Origin: Pseudomonadota bacterium
GTDB lineage: Bacteria; Pseudomonadota; Gammaproteobacteria; Burkholderiales; Burkholderiaceae_C
Reading direction: 5' to 3'
DNA: 64,000 nucleotides
Assembly: GCA_040384825.1 (NCBI GenBank)
Contig: JAZKIO010000060.1
Location: forward strand, 3,559-67,558
The notes under the pieces were generated by a model. It saw nothing but the letters and a program-made list of their open reading frames with translations, was not told the origin of the DNA and did not search any database. Each line of letters begins with the position of its first letter. Within the stretch, counting starts at the first letter, position 1. Shown piece by piece: positions 30,201-39,900 of the stretch. The position numbers and the translations under genes are program-made.

Positions 30201-31700
30201 GTGGCGACCCTGAGACCAGGGCGCCAGCAAACAGAACTTTGGGTCTGCCGGCCGCCCGGCGGATGGACACGGTTCACCGCATCGCGGAGTTTTGCGGTGG
30301 CTACTTCTGCGCAGATTGCGCTTCCCTTTGAGTGTCATGAGCCCTTCCTGTACCACGACGTAGAGCGAGCCGGCTTTGTCTCGTTGCTGAGCAAGGGGCC
30401 GGACGGTCTGGTGCGACAGACGTCGCACAAGCTGGCGGTGTTGCCCGAGGCGGTGGCTGCGATGCGAGGTCGGACCGATGTGTGGATATCGCAGGGCGAG
30501 TTCCGCAAGCCGAATCGTCGGGTGGTCAACTTGTGGCGGCTGCCGGTGGCGTTCGCTGACCTCGATGTTTACAAGGTTCCGAGGCTGGCTGCGATGTCCA
30601 CCGAAGCGCAGGTGGATGCGCTGCTCATGGCCTGCGATGACGGTGGAATACCGCCACCGAGCGTGGTGCTGTTCTCGGGTCGGGGTTTGCAGGTGAAATG
30701 GCTGTTCTCAGTGCCGGTGCCAGCAGCAGCCGTTCCGCGCTGGCACGCGGTGCAACGGCAATTGAACGCGCAGCTTGCTGCGTTCGGTGCCGACCCACTG
30801 GCGATGGACGCCTCGCGCGTCTTGCGCCTTGACGGCACCAGCAGTTCGAAGTCCGACAGTCTTGTTCGGGTTGTGCATAGCGCCACGACGCCGACCGACG
30901 GAGGGCAACTTCTGCCTTGCGGCGTCGTAGGGTACGACTTCGACGTCTTCGCAAGCGAGTTGCTGCCGGTGGGTCGTGAGGAAATCGCTGCTCAACGGGA
31001 GCGGCGGGATATCGAGAAGGCGCAGGACGCCGCTCAGAAGTCGGCGAGGGAAGCAGTCAGGCGCAATTTGGTGGTCATACGGGGTGGCCCGGTTCGCTCT
31101 GGGTCGCCGTTGATTCCGAGCCAACTGGCTTGGGACCGCCTCGGCGACCTGCGTCGACTCGCCGAAATGCGGGGATTCGAGCGAGGCCTGCCGCCCGGCC
31201 AGCGCGACCTGTTTGTGTTTCTTGGAGCCTGCTTCTTGGCGCAGGCGTGTCTTGTGCGGAACTTGAAAAGGGAGGTGCTTGAGTTGGCGGCGGAGTTCTC
31301 GCCGGGATGGTCGGACGCCGAGGTGATGTCGTGCGTCTCGACCGCATTGACGAAAGCTCAGGCCGCCGCAAGGGGTGAGAAGGTATTGTTCGCGGGCAAC
31401 GATGTGGACCCTCGATATCGTTGGTCCAATGACGCCCTCATCGGGACTCTGGCTATCACCGCAGCGGAGCAATCGGCCTTGAAGACCATTATTGGAACGG
31501 ACGAGAGGCGACAACGCGACAAGGTTAGAAAGCGTCACGTTCGACGGCTCGGTGGGTCCGTTCCTCGAGACGAGTGGCTCACCAACGTAGAGCGGACTCG
31601 CGTCGCCGTGAAAGTGTTGCGCGCGTCGGGGTGGACATTGCGGGCAATAGGGGAAAAGCTGGGCATCTCCGCATCTACAGCTTGCGCGCATGGGAAGTGA
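30201..31700 (+). CDS. Replication protein with AEP/primase-like domain and C-terminal HTH (start uncertain)
   Basis: FADLD (DxD), FSGRGLQVKW, DASRVLRLDGT..SK resemble RepB/AEP primase motifs; C-terminal GWTLRAIGEKLGIS HTH. Confidence 0.75.
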   Translation: MATLRPGRQQTELWVCRPPGGWTRFTASRSFAVATSAQIALPFECHEPFLYHDVERAGFVSLLSKGPDGLVRQTSHKLAVLPEAVAAMRGRTDVWISQGEFRKPNRRVVNLWRLPVAFADLDVYKVPRLAAMSTEAQVDALLMACDDGGIPPPSVVLFSGRGLQVKWLFSVPVPAAAVPRWHAVQRQLNAQLAAFGADPLAMDASRVLRLDGTSSSKSDSLVRVVHSATTPTDGGQLLPCGVVGYDFDVFASELLPVGREEIAAQRERRDIEKAQDAAQKSAREAVRRNLVVIRGGPVRSGSPLIPSQLAWDRLGDLRRLAEMRGFERGLPPGQRDLFVFLGACFLAQACLVRNLKREVLELAAEFSPGWSDAEVMSCVSTALTKAQAAARGEKVLFAGNDVDPRYRWSNDALIGTLAITAAEQSALKTIIGTDERRQRDKVRKRHVRRLGGSVPRDEWLTNVERTRVAVKVLRASGWTLRAIGEKLGISASTACAHGK

Positions 31701-32114
31701 GCTGAGCGCAAAAGAGCCCACGCTTGCTGCCAAGAGTTCGTCCTCAGGTGCAAGCCCGCGTGAATACGGGAAAGCTAAATGGCCACAATGAGTTAGCCAA
31801 TCAACACTGCGTGTACAGCAGGGCTGACCGGCGTGCGGGCTGCCGGAGGACGGCCGTATCAAAGCTGGTGTCTGGTGCCAGGACGGCTACCCGCGAGCGA
31901 ACGACGAGCGCGAAAGCGCTTGGACAAGGTGGGATGCCTATCGGGGGTTCGTCGGCCTCCCACAAGCGGCTTGCGAGCGCAGGCGATGAGCGCGACGCAT
32001 GCTGGTGCAACGATAGAACTGTGCAATACCCCCGGTTTCGAGGGTCCGAACAAGGGGCATCCCTATTGTTTCGTTGTGTAACCGAACGTATGGTCATCCT
32101 CTATACAAAGCAAC

Positions 32115-32357
32115 ATGAAAGCAGAACGAACCATCTCCATGAGCCTCCGGGTGACGCCGAAATTTCGGCGTTTGCTCGAGACCGCAGCTGAGCGTGAAAA
32201 CCGCAGCCTGACGAACATGCTCGAAACGTTGCTTCTGGAGTTCTGCGCCACACACGGCATCGAAGAGTCGAAACAGCCGTCTGCTATGGAGAGCTCGGCG
32301 CTTGCGGGGGAGCACGGCAGCGCAGTCTCCCGGCCAAAGGCTAAGCGACGGTCCTAA
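32115..32357 (+). CDS. Small ribbon-helix-helix (Arc/CopG-like) DNA-binding protein
   Basis: TISMSLRVTPKFRRLLETAAERENRSLTNMLETLL is a beta-alpha-alpha RHH pattern. Confidence 0.8.
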   Translation: MKAERTISMSLRVTPKFRRLLETAAERENRSLTNMLETLLLEFCATHGIEESKQPSAMESSALAGEHGSAVSRPKAKRRS

Positions 32358-32388
32358 AAAGAACACCAAGACGAAGCCGACCTCCAAT

Positions 32389-34131
32389 ATGCCATTGCCG
32401 CCGAAATCCCTCTTTTCTCGAAAAGTGCGCCTCCTCGCAACAGCGGTTCGCCAAAGCGGCGCGGACGCCACGACGATGGTCGGTACCTTGCTTGCGTCGC
32501 TTTGCGAGCGCGCGTATCCGGGCCTGCCGGCCAGCGACCTCAAGGTCTCGCGTCGACTGGCGGCGCTTCCCGAGGTGAAAAGCTTTGTCGAGATGCTTGC
32601 AGCGGCGCCGTTCCTTGACGCGGCCTATTGGCTGAGCAGTGCGTACGCCATCTGCACTGGTGATGCGCATCGCAAGTCGCTGGCAATGTTCTTCACGCCG
32701 CCGTCCCTGACAAGTCGACTACTTGATGACCTTGCGGCCAAAGGAGTGAGATTCGACGAAGGAAAGTTCTGCGACCCGGCATGCGGTGGTGCCGCATTTT
32801 TGGCTCCCATCGCGTTGCGGATGAAAGAGCAGTTGGGTGCCAATGGTCTGCGTCCTCGGAAGGTTCTGGAGCATGTAGCAAGCCACATCTTCGGCACCGA
32901 CCTCGACCCGACTTTGTGTGCGCTGTCGAAGCACTTCCTGTTGATGGCGCTCCGAGAAGAAGTGCTCGCGGCAAAGGGCTGGACACCAGAGTTCCAAGTA
33001 AAGCCCGGTGACTCGCTAATCGACCTTTCGAGAAGCTATGGCTCATTCGATGTCATCGCATGCAACTCACCCTTCAGGAAGATGACCGCCGCTGAGGTTG
33101 AGCGGTATAGGCCTGGATTCGATGACGTCATCGAAGGGCAGCCAAATCTGTACGGCCTTTTCATGGCATTGAGTGTGCGGTTGTTGAAGGACCAAGGGGT
33201 TGCCGCGCTGGTAACGCCTACCAGCTTCTTGTCTGGCCAATACTTCCGAAAGGTACGCACTTTTTTGATGAGCAACGTTGACGTGCTCAACATCGGAATG
33301 GTGAGCGACCGCCTAGGCGTGTTCATCGACGTTGAGCAAGAGACGGCGCTCACTCTAGTCCGCCGACGGCAGCAGACGGCGGCGGCAGCGGCGACGGCGA
33401 GCGTTTCAGTCGTCGCGACTGACGGGCAATACGCAAACGTAGGCAAGTGCAACCTCCCAAATTCGGGCGCAGCGTGGCCAATTCCGCGCACGGAAGGTGA
33501 CGTGACGCTGCTTGGCGCTGCAGATTTGGGCCACGCGACCCTCAAAGACTACGGCTACAAGGTCCGCATCGGCAACTTCGTATGGAACCGGGATGCTCGA
33601 CCTGTATACCGAAACCGCACTGAGGTACTGAAAAGCAAAAGTAAGACCGCGATTCCACTTTTGTGGTCGAGTGATATTGGCGCCGATGGCTCCCTGGATA
33701 TCAGCGCCGACCCCAAGGACCGTGACGAACATAGGTTCGTTGACTTTGGCGATGAGTGCCACCCCTCTGTCGTCAGGCGTCCAAGCGTCCTGATGCAGCG
33801 TGTGACTTCCAACGACCAGCCGCGACGACTTGTCGCCGCAGCTGTGCCAGCCGCACTATTGGCAACCTACGGCGGGTATGTCGGCGAGAACCACACCGTG
33901 ATTGTTGAGCAGGTCTCCGACAAGCCGGTTCTCTCGGCGCGAAAGCTTGCCAAGCTGCTCTCCTCTCCAACGGTCGACAGATATTTTCGTTGCATCTCTG
34001 GTGCGACGAATGTCTCCGCCTTCGAACTGGGGCAGCTGGCATTGCCGGACCCCGAGACACTCAAGGCGCTGCTTCGCGAAGGGCTAAGCATGAACGACGC
34101 TGTTAACAAAGCGTTCTTCAAGGGCGCCTGA
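32389..34131 (+). CDS. Amino (N6-adenine-type, gamma-class) DNA methyltransferase with C-terminal TRD
   Basis: MFFTPP (motif X), CDPACGGAAFL (motif I), IFGTDLD, DVIACNSPF (motif IV variant), NLYGLF, LVTPTSFLSG; TaqI/Eco57I-like C-terminal region. Confidence 0.88.
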   Translation: MPLPPKSLFSRKVRLLATAVRQSGADATTMVGTLLASLCERAYPGLPASDLKVSRRLAALPEVKSFVEMLAAAPFLDAAYWLSSAYAICTGDAHRKSLAMFFTPPSLTSRLLDDLAAKGVRFDEGKFCDPACGGAAFLAPIALRMKEQLGANGLRPRKVLEHVASHIFGTDLDPTLCALSKHFLLMALREEVLAAKGWTPEFQVKPGDSLIDLSRSYGSFDVIACNSPFRKMTAAEVERYRPGFDDVIEGQPNLYGLFMALSVRLLKDQGVAALVTPTSFLSGQYFRKVRTFLMSNVDVLNIGMVSDRLGVFIDVEQETALTLVRRRQQTAAAAATASVSVVATDGQYANVGKCNLPNSGAAWPIPRTEGDVTLLGAADLGHATLKDYGYKVRIGNFVWNRDARPVYRNRTEVLKSKSKTAIPLLWSSDIGADGSLDISADPKDRDEHRFVDFGDECHPSVVRRPSVLMQRVTSNDQPRRLVAAAVPAALLATYGGYVGENHTVIVEQVSDKPVLSARKLAKLLSSPTVDRYFRCISGATNVSAFELGQLALPDPETLKALLREGLSMNDAVNKAFFKGA

Positions 34132-34173
34132 CGGCGCGCTATACGAGACAAGTTCGCAAACAATAACAAGAAC

Positions 34174-36927
34174 ATGCCGCCTCCCATTTCCCTTGGAAAG
34201 CGCAACCAAGCTCGCGAAAAAGCGCTAACCGCTCAACACGAGCGTATTCAACAGATTCGAGCCCGTCAGCAGGCGAAGGCTCCCACCGCACCAGGCGTGG
34301 ACGCAGTCCCAGGCGGCGACGACCGGCCGTCTGCACCAACCGCCCCGCCTCTACCTTCCCAACCGTGGAAATCGGTCAAAGCAGGGTCGGCAGGTCTGGC
34401 CTTCGCTTCACGCGCGCAACCTGACGTGCCAGTGTTGGTTCAACCGTGGGCGTCAGCTCTCACTGATGATGTACTGGTGGCTGCAAAGTCTGGCGGCGTC
34501 GTGTTGGCCCTTGTTTGGCCAGCACGGATTGACAGCCTCGTCCCGCTTCACGCCTTGGCGAATCTCGAGCGAAACATGGCCGCGGACCTGTGCGGGCTTC
34601 GAACGCTTCTCTACCCGGGGACCCACACGTCGGCGGGTCCACTTCAAAGCTTCCTGGTCAATCGTGGTGCGCTGACGGACATGTACCGTCGTCTTTGGGT
34701 CGAAGTCGAGGGGAAAACCGTTCGGCGCGCCGCGACGGAATCAGACTCCTTCACAGCGGTCCTCGCAGCGCTGAATGACATCCGAAACCACGCGTCTGAG
34801 GTTGCTCACCCCGCAGCAGCTGAGACGGTTCCCACGTTCGTCTTCTCTGGCGAAGCTTGGCGAACGACTGTCAGCCAGCCGCTGGAACGCTCCCTTCGTA
34901 AGGTCAGCCGGCTCGCTCATCGCCGCCAGATTCGCGACGGTATCAACTCAAACTGGAGCAACTACAAGACCGCACCGGGAGCGCTGCTGGTAGTCCATGG
35001 CGGCCTAGGTCGTCCAGGCTGGAAGGCCGCCTTTGGCGCGCTCAACCAGTCAGGTGTTCTCCCGCCCGAGGTCATGCTGATTGATGCAACGTGGGCTTGT
35101 CAGCGGAATCACCAGAAGGCCTTCGCTCGAATCCCTGAGTTCCTTGCTTACGCGCGCGACCAAGGCACCAGCAAGGCCGGTGCGGTCATCGTCACTGATG
35201 ACCCAAAGACGTTCTTTGTCCTGAGAAAGCGCCTGGCGGACAGCAACTTTCGTGTCGAAGCAAGGGCATACGCGGCGGAGGCGGAACATGTTTTGCTGTC
35301 GCCCGACCCGCGCACACCGGGTTGGAAGCCGGAGACGAAAAGCAACGCCAACTTCACCGTCGGCATCGTCGACCGTGACGCTGCTTCAGTCGCGGTTACC
35401 TTTCACCGCCTTGCTCATGAGGTCGGGGACGACGATGGAGCCGGTCACCATGCTTTGATGGAGGCCTGCCTCTACGTATTGCGCGTCTCGAACATGCCTG
35501 CAGGCTTTACCGACCTCACAGAGTCCGCTGCGGCCGGAGAAATCGACGTCTACTCGATGGAACGAAATTCGTGGCCGTCGGTGCAACTGCGTATCCATGC
35601 CGCTCTCGATGCCGGCGCGATGGGTGACCAGCGCAAGCAGGTCGAAGACGCGCTCGCCAGGGCGCGGTCGCTGATTGCCGCATGGACCGATGCGACACCT
35701 ATGGCTGCTCGACTCCTTAGCATCATCGAGCGACACGCCGCGCACCCCAAGGGTCACCTGTGCCTGGTTTTGCCGAATCAGCGCTACATCCGACTCGCGT
35801 CGCGATACCTGCTGAGGAAGTTGGGTTCGAAATGGGCTGACATAGAACCCGGCTTGGAATGGCACACGCTGGCATCTGCAGGCAAGAACTTGTCACAAGA
35901 AGGTCTGGAGCGCAAGTTTGTCTTCGTCGGAGCAAACATTGATGTGTTGCGCATCTTGCTCGCGCATCCCGACATCCCGCACGGCACAACAGTTCTCATT
36001 GCCTATCGACAAGCGGAATCGCTCGCAGTCACGTTGCGGTCTATGAAGGAGCTCGACGCTCTTAAGCCCTACCGTGGCCGAATCGGGCTTCTTTTGCAAG
36101 AACTGGAGCGGCGACTTAGCGATGTGACGCACCCAGTGCCGAATTTGAGCCGCCTCGGCGACATGTCCTTCACCATGAAGTTTGAAGAGCCGTCCGGTAT
36201 GGACCCGTCCACCGACCAGCATTACTACCGCTTCGACCTCGAAGGCGGTCGCCATGCCTACAGCTCCGGTTGGGTGTATCGCTACGAGCCGCATGAGGAC
36301 CCGTTCTTTCGTCGGACAACAGTGACGCAAATCGAAGTTGGCACGCTGGTGTTCGACATGACTGATGAGCTGCGACGCAAGGTTGAAGAGGCGCTGCATG
36401 TCAACGGCGGCACTCTCGGTTCCGTGGTCCACCCTGAGCGCGCCTTTCTCAAGCTGTACCACGAGGATGTGCAGCGACGTTGCGCAGCAAAGTTTCCCTC
36501 CAGCACTCGCACCGCGCTGGCTGCGGCCATTCACAAGCGGATGCTGGAACTGGACCCCAGCGTTTCTGATTGCCCGGTGGAGCGGTTGACGTATTGGCTC
36601 ACGCTGACAGAGGCCGACACTCGTCCACACGCGCCAAAGCACTCGAAATACTTCAAGGTGTTTTGCAGCGCGCTGGACATCAGCGAATCGGACACGCTGA
36701 CCTACTGGAATTTCATACGAAACGCTCGTCGCCTCAACCAGAACCTTGGTCGGGTCCTGGCCGCGCAGTACGCCGAAATTCTCTTTCAACCTGAGAGCGC
36801 CGTGGCCTACCGAAAAATCCCACTTGAGATGGTCGAGCAGCTTCAGCAGGAAGCGATTCGTTGCGTGTTCCGCGTTGAAGCTGTCCACGCGCCGAAGCCC
36901 GCCCCTGCACCCCGGAAGGCATCCTGA
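34174..36927 (+). CDS. 917-aa protein of unknown function, possibly DrmE-like / degenerate helicase fold
   Basis: Long ORF coupled to the helicase (TGATG overlap). Repeated beta-alpha units but no intact Walker A or SNF2 motifs. The DrmE link is inferred from position and C-terminal pattern. Confidence 0.7.
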   Translation: MPPPISLGKRNQAREKALTAQHERIQQIRARQQAKAPTAPGVDAVPGGDDRPSAPTAPPLPSQPWKSVKAGSAGLAFASRAQPDVPVLVQPWASALTDDVLVAAKSGGVVLALVWPARIDSLVPLHALANLERNMAADLCGLRTLLYPGTHTSAGPLQSFLVNRGALTDMYRRLWVEVEGKTVRRAATESDSFTAVLAALNDIRNHASEVAHPAAAETVPTFVFSGEAWRTTVSQPLERSLRKVSRLAHRRQIRDGINSNWSNYKTAPGALLVVHGGLGRPGWKAAFGALNQSGVLPPEVMLIDATWACQRNHQKAFARIPEFLAYARDQGTSKAGAVIVTDDPKTFFVLRKRLADSNFRVEARAYAAEAEHVLLSPDPRTPGWKPETKSNANFTVGIVDRDAASVAVTFHRLAHEVGDDDGAGHHALMEACLYVLRVSNMPAGFTDLTESAAAGEIDVYSMERNSWPSVQLRIHAALDAGAMGDQRKQVEDALARARSLIAAWTDATPMAARLLSIIERHAAHPKGHLCLVLPNQRYIRLASRYLLRKLGSKWADIEPGLEWHTLASAGKNLSQEGLERKFVFVGANIDVLRILLAHPDIPHGTTVLIAYRQAESLAVTLRSMKELDALKPYRGRIGLLLQELERRLSDVTHPVPNLSRLGDMSFTMKFEEPSGMDPSTDQHYYRFDLEGGRHAYSSGWVYRYEPHEDPFFRRTTVTQIEVGTLVFDMTDELRRKVEEALHVNGGTLGSVVHPERAFLKLYHEDVQRRCAAKFPSSTRTALAAAIHKRMLELDPSVSDCPVERLTYWLTLTEADTRPHAPKHSKYFKVFCSALDISESDTLTYWNFIRNARRLNQNLGRVLAAQYAEILFQPESAVAYRKIPLEMVEQLQQEAIRCVFRVEAVHAPKPAPAPRKAS

Positions 36928-39900
36928 TGACAGTGCTGAGCAAGAGCCCGAAAGCCATCCACGACGCATGCAAAGAAGCGGTCGTCGACAGTCTTTTGAA
37001 CAATCTTTCCGCGCGCTTGGCGGGGCGCGAGGAGTTCTACAAAATCATCTACAAGGGCAAGCCGAGCTCGGTGCTGATGTCCGAATTCATCCTCCCCATG
37101 CCGCCGGATGAGCGCGCAGGCGACGAGGAGGCAAACCCTATTCAAATCAGTGCCCACGGTTTGGACTTCCAAATCCTTCGGTCCGGTGCCTCGGAACGCA
37201 TGAAGGTTTCAGTTCGCGGTGCCGTGTACGTCCGCATCCTCCCGACCGAGGACGAAGTCAAGCCAGGCGGTCCGCTCTACCCGACGTTTCCGCTGACCAG
37301 GGAGGCTGCGCGGGAGCTCCGTTCGCGCATCAAAGACGCATTGGCAGCGCTGCGAACGGAACTTGGCATCACGAAGACAGTGCGCTTGCATCCGGACTGG
37401 CCTGCAAAGAGCGAGGAAGCTCGACGCAAAGCGCATGAGTCGCTTGGCATCCCTTTTGACAACAAGTTGGACCGCTCTCCAGTTGATGATTCTGGCGGAG
37501 ACGACGCACCGCCGGCTCCGTTGGAGGAAGACGACGGTTCCGGCATGCCGAGCGAGGCGCCGCCAGAGCGCGAGGCTCCGGCCGGCGCGACGCTGCCGGA
37601 CGCTCTTGCGCAAGCGATTGATGCACCCCCGAAATGGCTACGTCTCGATTTGGACCTGCCGCCATTTGAGTTCTCTCCTTCGACCTGCGCCGAGGACAGC
37701 GCCAACGCGTCACGCGCGCTGAACGAGGCAATTGCGCTCCAACTCGACCGTTGGGCGACGTCCGAGGAAGAGCCCTACGGCGGCAAGCTGTGGGGATTCA
37801 GGCACGCGGCGCCAATCCGTCCTTCAAGTATCCGCGACTGGAAGGCCTATCTGGCGTCGGTGCGCACCTCGAAGCTCCAGGTTGTTGTTCCCGTAATTGA
37901 ACTTCGCTGGGACATCGAGGCGCTTCCCGACCCTCGCGACCCTGAGCTGATGACCGTCCATGTGGCGTTGGAAAACTGGAGTGCTCCGCCGACGTCGCTC
38001 AACCATAAGGAAGTCGAGCCTTCCCTGTTTCAGCTGCAGGTCAGTTTGTCGCTGAATGTTGACGTGCATCGTCCTTTGCATCTTGACCGCGTGAAGCCGT
38101 CCTACAGGTACAACGAATATTTGCGATACCCGGCCTTGGGCTTCAACGGCGGGGTCACAGCCCACGACGAAGGCTCGACCCGTATCTTGCGAACCACGTG
38201 GACGCCACGTTACGTCCTGCCGCGCATTGTTCCCACCGACTGCGGCGCTGTTCGAAATATCAAAGCTCTTTCCGACCCGGCATCCCTTGCTGGACTCGCA
38301 CCCCTTGTCACAGCGTACTCGGCGTGGCTCGACGAGGTGAAGGACCGTCCTGTTGGCGCCGGCATCGAAGGACCGGATGCAGCGGAGCAACTCGGCCGCG
38401 AGCAGGAAAAGCTACAGCTCGATTTGAACGGTTGGCGAGAGGAGCTTGCCGCAATCCGCTGCGGCCTTGCGATTCTCGAGAAGTCCAAGGCTCACTGGAG
38501 CGGCCCCGGCGAGCAGAAGTCGCCGCTCGGAATCCCGTTTGAAGCTTGGTTGTCGATGAATGCGGCGATGGCGGGTGTCGCGGCGACGAAGGGCTACGAC
38601 GATTGGCGTCTGTTCCAGCTCGCCTTCATCCTCGCGTCTATTCCGACGTTTGCGACCCGAATTCCCGAATTTCACGACTTCTACGACCCCGTTGTATCCA
38701 AGCATGCGAACGCAGTCACCTTGCTCTACTTCGCAACGGGTGGCGGCAAGTCGGAAGCTTTCCTCGGTTTGCTGCTGTTCGTGCTGTTCATCGACAGGCT
38801 CCGGGGAAAACAGCACGGCGTGAGCGCGCTCATGCGTTATCCGCTACGCCTTCTGACCTTGCAGCAGGCGCGCCGAACGTTCGCCGTGATGGGCGCGGGC
38901 GAAGCCGTACGACACGCCCGCCAGCATCGCGGGGAACCGTTTTCACTCGGCTTCTGGGTTGGCGGAGCAAACACCCCAAACTGGCACAAGGAAGAAGGCT
39001 ACTCGGACATTCCGACGGAGCAAGCGGTGCCTCCGTCGCAGGAGCCGTCGTTCCAGAAGACTCAGCCGTACAAGACCTATAAGGAGCGCTGGCAGAAGCT
39101 CGAGGTCTGTCCGTTTTGCAACACGAGAGGCGGCCTGGCCCTTCGTAGAGCATCGGGCGCGGGCGGCAACGCACTGGGCCACTACTGCACCTCTGCGAAA
39201 GAGAAATGCTCTTGGAACGCCCGGCACGACGATATCAAGCCGCTTCCGTTCTACGTGGTGGACGAGGACATCTATGACCTTGCTCCATCGGTGCTGCTGG
39301 GCACGGTAGACAAGCTGTCGGCCCTCGGCCAGTCACAGGGAACCATCCGGAAGTTCTTTGGGATGTTCGGTTTCGCCCCGTTCATTGAGAAGAGCACGGA
39401 ACGACTCTTCATTCCCAGCGTGGCTAAAGACTGGGACGGAGAGCCCGGAGGGACCACCCATGGGCTGTTCCCAACGTTTGCCGACGGCAGGAAGCGGTTT
39501 TTCGACCCGTTTCCATCGTTGCTTATCCAGGACGAGGCCCATCTGCTGGACGAATCGCTTGGCACCTTCGCAGGTTTGTTCGAGTCCGCCCTTGAGGCCT
39601 CATTTAATCGACTGGGGTCGCTATTGCCTGGTCAGCTTTCCTACGAGCCAGGCTCGCAGGTCCGTCGAAAAATCAAAGTCATTGCCGCCTCCGCCACGGT
39701 AAGCGAGCCGCAGCGCCAGATGCGAAACCTGTACCAGCGGGGCAGCACCGTTCAGTTCCCGTACCCGGGTCCGAGCCTTTACACCTCGTTCTACGCGGCA
39801 CCCAGCGGACCAGACGACCGGCCGGAAGACGCCGACAGAAAAGCTCTGGTCACGGACGACATAGAACTGCGCAGCCACTGGGCTCGTGTTTACGCATCGG

